Below are positions 20,030 through 26,592 of a DNA stretch of 32,000 nt, in pieces. The position numbers and the translations under genes are program-made. Below the pieces are notes generated by a model that saw only the letters and a program-made list of their open reading frames with translations, was not told where the DNA came from and ran no database searches. Source of the DNA: Ktedonobacterales bacterium (GTDB lineage: Bacteria > Chloroflexota > Ktedonobacteria > Ktedonobacterales > JADMIN01); assembly GCA_030167145.1 (NCBI GenBank), contig CP126532.1, positions 4,560,001 through 4,592,000 of the forward strand. The letters are read 5' to 3'. Every line of letters begins with the position of its first letter. The first letter of the stretch is position 1.

Positions 20030-21154
20030 ATGAAGGCCAGTACGCCCGACCAGCAGGCACAGCCGCCCCGCTGGCCGCTCCCCGGCGCGGAGAAGCTTCG
20101 CCATGCCGTGCGTTCGCGCCCCACGCTCCGTCTCTGGCTGCGCCGCGTCGCCGTCACCCTGCTGGCACTGATCGTGCTGCTCACCGGCGTGATCGGCATC
20201 GCCTACTGGCGGCTGAGCGCAACCGTCACCCAGTATGCGGGCAACCATTTCAATCAGGGACACAACGGTGTCTGGCTGGAGCACGCCTGGGCGGGACAGC
20301 CACACACCGACACCGAGTACAACGCCCTGGCCGCGCGGCTGAAAGCCGAGCAGATTACCTACGTCTACGCGCATGTTGGCCCGCTCGATAGCGACGGCAC
20401 GATCCCCGACGACCGCGCGCCCAATGCCGCCGCGCTCGCCGCCGCGCTACATGCGCGCATGCCAGGCGTGCGCGTGCTCGCCTGGATCGGGCAACTCGAA
20501 CGCGCCAGCGGCTATCCCGCCGATGAGACGGTAGACCTCGAAGACTCTTCGGTCCGCACCAGCATCGCCAAGACCGCTGCACACTTCGTCACCGACCTCG
20601 GTTATGACGGCGTGCATTACGATATCGAACCCATCGTCAACAACAATCCGCGCTTCCTCGATCTGCTCGACGAGACGCGCGCGCAGCTTCCGCCGGGCGC
20701 GATCATCTCACTCTCCGGCCAGAAGTGGGCGCCCAACGCCACCCTCGCCACCATGCTGCATAACATGGGCAAAGCCGACGCCTGGTGGACGAGCTACTAT
20801 TACGCCGCCGTCGCCAAGCACTGCGACCAGATCGTTGCGCTGGTCTACAATACCGCCATGCCCACGGCCACGACCTATCAACTCGCCGTCAAGCAGGAGA
20901 CCGCGAACATTCTCTCCGCCGTCCGCAGCGCCACCAACCCGCCGCAGGTGCTGATTGGGCTGCCTACCTACCCCGGAAACGACTTCTGGTTCCACGACAC
21001 CGCCGAAAACATGCGCACCGGCCTCAGTGGCGTCATCGCTGGCCTCAACAGCGACCGCGACACATCCCCCTTCACCGGCGTCGCCATCTACCGCTACGCC
21101 CTCACCTCCGATGACGACTGGAACACCTACGACAAGTTGTGGCTGGGGAAATAG
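20030..21154 (+). CDS. membrane-anchored TIM-barrel glycoside-hydrolase-like protein (GH18-like motif)
   Basis: Trimmed to ATG 20030 with GGAGGA upstream. N-terminal TM: VAVTLLALIVLLTGVIGIAYW. YDGVHYDIEP at 20603-20629 resembles the GH18 motif DGxDxDxE. Confidence 0.55.
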   Translation: MKASTPDQQAQPPRWPLPGAEKLRHAVRSRPTLRLWLRRVAVTLLALIVLLTGVIGIAYWRLSATVTQYAGNHFNQGHNGVWLEHAWAGQPHTDTEYNALAARLKAEQITYVYAHVGPLDSDGTIPDDRAPNAAALAAALHARMPGVRVLAWIGQLERASGYPADETVDLEDSSVRTSIAKTAAHFVTDLGYDGVHYDIEPIVNNNPRFLDLLDETRAQLPPGAIISLSGQKWAPNATLATMLHNMGKADAWWTSYYYAAVAKHCDQIVALVYNTAMPTATTYQLAVKQETANILSAVRSATNPPQVLIGLPTYPGNDFWFHDTAENMRTGLSGVIAGLNSDRDTSPFTGVAIYRYALTSDDDWNTYDKLWLGK

Positions 21155-21158
21155 AAAA

Positions 21159-21596
21159 CTACACCCCAATATCCTCATTCCACAGCGCCGGTCTCGCGGC
21201 GATGAACTCCCGCATTAGCCGGATGCAGTCCTCGTTATCCAGGATCACCAGATCCACACCGCGCGAGCGCACGTAGTCTTCCGGCCCCTGGAACGTCTGA
21301 TTCTCGCCGATGACAATTCTCGGAATCTTGTAGAGCAGCGCCGTGCCACTGCACATATCACAGGGCGAGAGCGTCGAATACAGCGTCGCGCGGCTATAGT
21401 CCGCCGCCGTCAGGCGGCCCGCGTTCTCCAGGCAATCCATCTCCGCGTGCAGGATGGCGCTGCGCTGCTGCACGCGCCGGTTGTGCCCGCGCCCAACGAT
21501 GCGCCCGTCAATCACCAGTACCGAGCCGATGGGGATGCCGCCCTCGTCCCACCCAGCCCACGCCTCCTCAAACGCCGCACGCATGAATTCGTCCAT
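21159..21596 (-). CDS. Fcy1-type (CDA-fold) cytosine deaminase
   Basis: Trimmed to ATG 21596 with GGGAGGGGAG upstream. It resembles yeast Fcy1 along its length, as I recall that sequence: GGIPIGSVL, GRGHNRRVQ, zinc motifs HAE and PCDMC, TLYSTLSPCDMCSGA, C-terminal RPALWNEDIGV. Confidence 0.85.
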   Translation of the reverse strand: MDEFMRAAFEEAWAGWDEGGIPIGSVLVIDGRIVGRGHNRRVQQRSAILHAEMDCLENAGRLTAADYSRATLYSTLSPCDMCSGTALLYKIPRIVIGENQTFQGPEDYVRSRGVDLVILDNEDCIRLMREFIAARPALWNEDIGV

Positions 21597-21722
21597 TTGC
21601 TCTCCCCTCCCGCCTGCGACGGAGGCCACCACATCGCGATGTGATGGCCCTAACGTCTCTTGTTCCCCAGCGTAGGGGCGCACGGCGTGCGCCCGTTGCC
21701 TCTCTTACACGATACCAGCGCG

Positions 21723-23111
21723 CTACCGCTTGTAGCGCGACATCTCCCACCGCCGCAGGATGAAGTACAGCACACCAGAAGCGATGATCGCCAGCGGGAA
21801 GCCAATGTCAGCCCCCCCAAGCGCCTTCGACAGCGGTCCAACAAAGAGTTGCTGGCTCATACCCAATACCGCCGCCCCGAGGCCAACGACCATCGAGACG
21901 ATGGCTGCGATACCGACTGGCAATTTGCTCGCTGTCTCGTAGTCCTCTGCCGGATACTGACCCTTGCGGAACCAGTTTTCGACCAGGAAGATCGTGACAT
22001 ACGCGCCCAGCCAATAGGCGATCAGCAGTAGGAAGTTGTCCAGGTTCTGGCTGAAGTTCTTCTGGAACCAGTAGAGAGCGAGCGCAACGTAGATCACCGC
22101 GCCTACAATCGTCAGAATCCAGCGCTTGATGCGTAGGCCGAGCACCTGCGTCGAGAGCGCGAAGCTGTAGTCATTCGGCACGTTGTTCGCGATGGTGCTG
22201 AACGCCAGCAGCACGATAACGATGCCAGCAATCGTTCCAGTACCAAGCGCATTCGTGAGCAATGGGCCGGGAGCGCCACCTGCCAACGCCGCACCGCCCT
22301 TAATGCTGGTCAATAGCACACCTAGTGTTTCGAGCAAAATGCAAGGAATCGTGACGCCCAGGAAGGCGTACAAGAAGACCTTACCGGCAGGCGTATTCAC
22401 CGGCTGACGGCGTGTGTAATCCGCTGCATACGACGACCAGCCGATAGCATATCCAAAAATTGCGCCGCCGAAGCTGGCCACGCCCACGAAGATTGCGAGT
22501 GGTGTCGCAAGCGAGGATGCTGAAAGGCTGCCGATGTCAAAATGCGGCGCGGCAACAAAGAACACGTAGCCGAACAGCAGGAGCATTGGTATCCACGCAA
22601 TGCGCTCATACCGATGCACAATGAAGTAGCCGAAGACGCTTACCGCTGTGGTGATAGTGGCCAGAAAGATCAACGCGGCCCACTCAGGGATCTTCCCACC
22701 GCTCCACGATACCAGGAGGCTCGCGCCGATGGTCGCATTTACCGCGCTCCAGCCGATACACGCTAGCGCGTTAAAAATTGCTGGCAGCTTCGCCCCTTGC
22801 AGACCGAAGGAAAATCGCGTCAGTGGCATCTGCGCCAGTCCGGTCTTCGGCCCCAGTGTGCTCAGGTAGGCCACTGGTAGCACACCAAGGATGTTGAACG
22901 CGACAATGACGATGAACGAACCCCAAAAGCCGAGGCTAAAGAAAATGTTGATTGCTCCAAGTGCCACCGTGGCGACGACCGCATTCGCGGACCACCACAG
23001 CCACATGGTGTCGAGCAGTTGCGTGTGCGCGCGATCATTTTCGGCGACACGCTCGATGCCCGTCACTTCAAAGCCAGCTTGCTGCGGCTTTTCTGTGCTG
23101 ACCGTTGCCAT
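21723..23111 (-). CDS. codB: NCS1-family purine-cytosine permease (CodB/Fcy2-like)
   Basis: Trimmed to ATG 23111 (MATVSTEKPQQAGFEVTGIERVAENDRAH...). About 12 hydrophobic segments. The N-terminal IE.V.E..R motif is typical of cytosine permeases. Confidence 0.85.
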   Translation of the reverse strand: MATVSTEKPQQAGFEVTGIERVAENDRAHTQLLDTMWLWWSANAVVATVALGAINIFFSLGFWGSFIVIVAFNILGVLPVAYLSTLGPKTGLAQMPLTRFSFGLQGAKLPAIFNALACIGWSAVNATIGASLLVSWSGGKIPEWAALIFLATITTAVSVFGYFIVHRYERIAWIPMLLLFGYVFFVAAPHFDIGSLSASSLATPLAIFVGVASFGGAIFGYAIGWSSYAADYTRRQPVNTPAGKVFLYAFLGVTIPCILLETLGVLLTSIKGGAALAGGAPGPLLTNALGTGTIAGIVIVLLAFSTIANNVPNDYSFALSTQVLGLRIKRWILTIVGAVIYVALALYWFQKNFSQNLDNFLLLIAYWLGAYVTIFLVENWFRKGQYPAEDYETASKLPVGIAAIVSMVVGLGAAVLGMSQQLFVGPLSKALGGADIGFPLAIIASGVLYFILRRWEMSRYKR

Positions 23112-23204
23112 GTGAAGAGTTCTCGCTTTCCTGGCCCGCTGCGCGAGCCACTGAGACGAATAAGACCACGGTTGCCTGTTGCGTTCGACGCGACACATTC
23201 CGGC

Positions 23205-23222
23205 CCGACCGACCGACCGACC
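23205..23222. repeat. tetranucleotide microsatellite (CCGA)4.5
   Basis: ccga ccga ccga ccga cc, read directly. It lies about 95-110 nt upstream of the permease ATG, in the 5' leader. Confidence 0.9.
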
Positions 23223-23461
23223 ATCACGTTGCTAGCACGGCTTGCGGGTTCTCCAGGCCCGCAATGTGTACGCATTCGCATCCGTCATAGGTCGCGTTGT
23301 TCTCGGGGTAGCTGCGCCATGCCATTGCCATGGCCCAAAGCGGCGCGATAGGGGCGGAGATAAGCGAGAGGAGTGCGCGTCTGGCGCATACCATGAGGCG
23401 TGCCCCCCTGTGGGAGATGCATGCACCAGGCGCGGATTGCCGTGTGTGGGCGCCACCAGCC

Positions 23462-23529
23462 GGAAGATAAGAAAAAGAATGCCCGGTTGGCAGGCCCTCA
23501 CAACCGAGTCGTGAACCTACCATCCGGGC
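23462..23529 (-). terminator. intrinsic terminator, expression platform of the ykkC-like element
   Basis: Minus strand: GCCCGGAUGGUAGG (23529-23516) pairs with CCUGCCAACCGGGC (23494-23481), with one A.A mismatch and one G.U pair. An inner UCAC/GUGA helix is present. AUUCUUUUUCUUAUCUU (23480-23464) follows. The 5' arm overlaps the conserved aptamer block AAAAGCCCGG. Confidence 0.7.
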
Positions 23530-23716
23530 TTTTGTCCCCGTGGTGTAACGCTCGCGCCGCCGCGATACTACGCCCAACCGTGCGTCAGACGATTTATCAA
23601 GCGGAGCCAGAGCGCCTGCGTCGCTCGGTCCTGGCCCTCCCAGCATGTACCCCCGCGTGCTACTATATCAGCGCACGCCCTGCTGGAGTATGCCGGAGGC
23701 GGAACCCTAGACGCAC
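23516..23716 (-). ncRNA. ykkC-class (guanidine-I family) riboswitch-like aptamer, variant with expanded helices
   Basis: Minus-strand blocks occur in the canonical order. (1) GCGUC-UAGGGUUCCG (23714-23700), an exact CUAGGGUUCCG. (2) GGACCGAGCG-ACGC (23631-23618), versus consensus GGUCCGAGAG. (3) ACACCACGGGGACAAAAGCCCGGAUGG (23546-23520), versus ACACGGnGGGAnAAAAGCCCGGGAGA. The flanks GCGUC and GACGC form P1. Long hairpins are inserted at the P1b and P2 positions. Confidence 0.7.
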
Positions 23717-23836
23717 TTCAGCTCGTAGTCGGGCAATTTACGGTCGCCTGGTAGAAACATCCGGGCCATATCCCCGGACCTATACGAGTGCCGTTCGCGA
23801 ACGAACATACAAACATCCGAACATACGAACACCCGT

Positions 23837-23866
23837 ACTCTACCATTCACACAAGATACCCGTCAA
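23837..23866 (-). promoter_or_regulatory. candidate promoter for the riboswitch/permease transcript
   Basis: Minus strand: TTGACG (23866-23861), 18-nt spacer ending in TGg (extended -10), TAGAGT (23842-23837). Confidence 0.45.
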
Positions 23867-23896
23867 GGCTTGCCCGTTTTGGGGGAGGGACCACGC

Positions 23897-24403
23897 ATGG
23901 TTACGGTTGGCATCCTCACCATCAGCACCAAAGGCGCAGCCGGCCAGCGCGAAGACACCTCCGGCGACGCCATCCGCGAACTCGTGACCGCTCCGCCGCT
24001 CGCGGCGGTCATCCATGAGCGCGCTATCGTCCCCGACGACCGCGCCGCCATTGAAGCCACCCTGCGCCACTGGTCCGATGACCTGCGGCTCAATCTCGTG
24101 CTTACCACCGGCGGCACCGGCCTCAGCCCGACCGACATCACCCCCGAAGCGACACTTGCCGTCGTCGAGCGGCTCGTGCCAGGGCTGGCCGAAGCGATGC
24201 GTCTGGAAAGCCTGCGCCACACGCCGATGGCTATGCTCACCCGCGCCGTCGCGGGCTGCCGTGGCGCGACACTCATCATCAACCTGCCCGGAAGCCCTAA
24301 AGGCGTGCGCGAGTGCCTCGGCGCGATTCTGCCCGCCCTGCCCCATGCCGTAGACATCCTCACCGCCCGCGTAACCGACCATGGCCAGCCGCCGCATGCC
24401 TGA
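23897..24403 (+). CDS. mogA: MogA/MoaB-family molybdenum cofactor biosynthesis protein
   Basis: Trimmed to ATG 23897 (MVTVGILTISTKG...), with GGGGGAGGGA upstream. Motifs: LVLTTGGTGLSPTD and INLPGSPKG. Confidence 0.85.
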   Translation: MVTVGILTISTKGAAGQREDTSGDAIRELVTAPPLAAVIHERAIVPDDRAAIEATLRHWSDDLRLNLVLTTGGTGLSPTDITPEATLAVVERLVPGLAEAMRLESLRHTPMAMLTRAVAGCRGATLIINLPGSPKGVRECLGAILPALPHAVDILTARVTDHGQPPHA

Positions 24404-24562
24404 GTCACGCGCAATTCGGCACGCGCCTTGCGGCTGGGCAATCACCGCAAGCGTGCCATTAAGCCGCCATGCATGTGGCGAGATGGGCATGATATTCGCT
24501 GTTAAGATAGAAACATGGCAACACGTAGCGCACTACCTAGTCGAGACCGGAGGATGGACACG

Positions 24563-25564
24563 ATGAGCGATGCAACGCGGCGCGGACTGGCCGGCTGGCA
24601 GATAGCGACGCTTTCAGTGGCCGCGGGCGCGGGCGCGCTCGCCCTCGCCAACAAGCTCGCCGATCTCGGCGTCGGCCAGCCCAGCGACACCCTCGACGGC
24701 GAACGCGGACGCTACGCCTGGACCATCGGCGACATCAGCTACACCGTCAAGGGGCAGGGCGAGCCGCTGGTGCTCGTCCATGGCGTCTACGCGGGCGCGT
24801 CGTCATATGAGTATCGCCGCGTCTTCGATACGCTCGCCCAGAACTACCGCGTCTACGCCTTCGACCTGCTCGGCTTCGGCCTCTCAGATCGCCCGCCCGT
24901 CGTCTACACCCCCATCCTCTATGAAGAGTTGATCCAGGATTTCGTGCGTCAGGTCGTCGGTGGAGCGGATAACCCCGTCGCCGTCATCGCCTCGTCGCTT
25001 GGCGCCGCCTTCACCATCCGCGCCGCCGCCGAGCGTCCGGGCCTCTTCTCGCGCTTCGTCTTCGTCAACCCCAGCGGCATGGACGGCCCGGCAGCTACTG
25101 GCGCCCCAGTCCTGCGCGCGCTCGCCCTGCGGGTGTTGCGCTCACCACTGCTCGGCCAAGGGATCTATAACGCCGTCGTTTCGCGGCCTAGCCTGCGCTA
25201 CTTCCTGAAGTCGCAAACATACACCGATCCCGCGCTGGTCAGCGACGACATGCTCGACCACTACTACACCACCGCACACCAGCCCGGCGCTCGTTTCGCC
25301 CCCGCCAGCTTCATCTCCGGCACGCTGAATACTCCCGTCGCCGCCGTCTATCCACTACTCAAGCGCCCCATTCTGCTCTGCTGGGGCAAAGACGCCCGCT
25401 TCACCCCGCTTGAAAATGCCAGCGCCTACCGCCAGGCCAACGCCCGCACCGAGTTGCGTGTCTTCGATTGCGGTGGCCTCCCCCAGGATGAGTTGCCCAC
25501 CGAGTTCACTCGCGAAGTCACCGGCTGGCTGCACACTACCCGCGCCTCCGCTTCACGCGGCTAG
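24563..25564 (+). CDS. alpha/beta-fold hydrolase
   Basis: Trimmed to ATG 24563 with GGAGG 9 nt upstream. An N-terminal TM or signal-like segment is present. Oxyanion-region LVLVHGV and nucleophile elbow IASSLGA. Confidence 0.8.
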   Translation: MSDATRRGLAGWQIATLSVAAGAGALALANKLADLGVGQPSDTLDGERGRYAWTIGDISYTVKGQGEPLVLVHGVYAGASSYEYRRVFDTLAQNYRVYAFDLLGFGLSDRPPVVYTPILYEELIQDFVRQVVGGADNPVAVIASSLGAAFTIRAAAERPGLFSRFVFVNPSGMDGPAATGAPVLRALALRVLRSPLLGQGIYNAVVSRPSLRYFLKSQTYTDPALVSDDMLDHYYTTAHQPGARFAPASFISGTLNTPVAAVYPLLKRPILLCWGKDARFTPLENASAYRQANARTELRVFDCGGLPQDELPTEFTREVTGWLHTTRASASRG

Positions 25565-25597
25565 CGGCCCAGTGCACCATCGCACTACGATAGCGCG

Positions 25598-26515
25598 CTA
25601 CGCGTCCCACTCGCTTTCGTGCTGCTCCATGAGATCATGTAGCGGCGCAAGCGGGTAGGTGGCGTATGGCGGCCAGGTTTCCGCTGGAGAGGCGCCAAGC
25701 AAGCCATGCGCGACCGCATCGGCATCTTTGCCCAGCAGCGTATCGCCACGCGCATAATTCTCAATATAGTTGGCGACATGCCGCGCCGCGCCCGGTATCC
25801 CCTTGTAGCTGGGGAAGTAGTTCACGTCAATCACCACCGGGCCTTGTGCGCTCTTGATCACATCCAGGCCATACAGGCCCAGCCCAAAAATATGCCCACA
25901 CCGTAGCGCGATACTGCGTATTTCAGCGCTCACCGGCGTAGCGACGCGCGTCACCCCATCGGGCTTGCGGAGACCGAAGACCTCGTCTCCTACCACATAG
26001 ATTTTCAGTTCATCACCGGCAATGTACTCCTGTACAAGCATCGGCTGTGCAGGTGGCGGCAGCGCCGACAGTTCGTGATGATGGCGAATGACCTGTACGC
26101 CGATTCCGCGCCCCCCGATGTACGGCTTGATTACCAGCGGATGTAACTCAAGAAGTGTGTGCAATAACCTGGTATTGACCGTCACCCAGTACGGCGGCGA
26201 TGGCACACCCGCCTCGCGCAGGCTATGCGCCGCCGCGATTTTATCCTGCACCGCCAGGCAGGAGCGATATGGATTCAGAATCAGCGCACCCTGGCGGTGT
26301 AAGATGCTCGCTACACTCAACCAGAGCGACGTATGCGACTTCAGAATGTAGAGATCGTGCTCCACGCGCAGATGGTCGGGATCCAGCACAGCTTCGTCGC
26401 CGATGCCAATCTCCACCTCATAGCCGCGCTGTCGCAGTAGGTCGAATACTTCGACGAGCGCCGGATTCGGCGACGGCATGCCCCGCGTAATGGCAAGCAT
26501 CCAATACAATTTCAT
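25598..26515 (-). CDS. RimK-like ATP-grasp ligase
   Basis: ATP-grasp layout: ...LVIKPYIGGRGIGV..., LVQEYI.GDELKIYVVG, YGLDVI....GPVVIDVNYFP. GAGGG lies 7 nt upstream of the ATG. Confidence 0.8.
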   Translation of the reverse strand: MKLYWMLAITRGMPSPNPALVEVFDLLRQRGYEVEIGIGDEAVLDPDHLRVEHDLYILKSHTSLWLSVASILHRQGALILNPYRSCLAVQDKIAAAHSLREAGVPSPPYWVTVNTRLLHTLLELHPLVIKPYIGGRGIGVQVIRHHHELSALPPPAQPMLVQEYIAGDELKIYVVGDEVFGLRKPDGVTRVATPVSAEIRSIALRCGHIFGLGLYGLDVIKSAQGPVVIDVNYFPSYKGIPGAARHVANYIENYARGDTLLGKDADAVAHGLLGASPAETWPPYATYPLAPLHDLMEQHESEWDA

Positions 26516-26592
26516 TTCGTTGCCCTCACTGCCGCCCCACTCCTGGGCAGGCTCTATCGTGTCGCATGTTCCTTCGCGGTGTCCGTGGTGCG

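Noticed and set aside
23640-23896. Possible Moco riboswitch on the plus strand upstream of mogA.
   Set aside because: I could not find Moco-motif-like conserved segments on the plus strand. The conserved blocks in this gap read correctly only on the minus strand, as a ykkC-class element pointing away from mogA.
23112-23896. Possible RNase P RNA, tmRNA, SRP RNA, TPP riboswitch or purine riboswitch in the 785-bp gap.
   Set aside because: I checked for GGAAAGUCCGGGC with ACAGAAnCCGGCUUA, GGUAAGAGC, a tRNA-like GGUUCGAnUCC 3' end, GUCAGGUCCGGAAGGAAGCAGC, and CUGAGA with ACCCUU-GAACCUGA. No set of these matched on either strand.
23224-23987. Long ORFs across the gap (23224..23646 - 140 aa, 23400..23987 + 195 aa, 23242..23514 +).
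   Set aside because: They have no RBS and no recognisable domains, and they run through the riboswitch-like structure and its terminator. Only the C-terminal 56 codons of the minus-strand ORF are kept, as a low-confidence sORF candidate.
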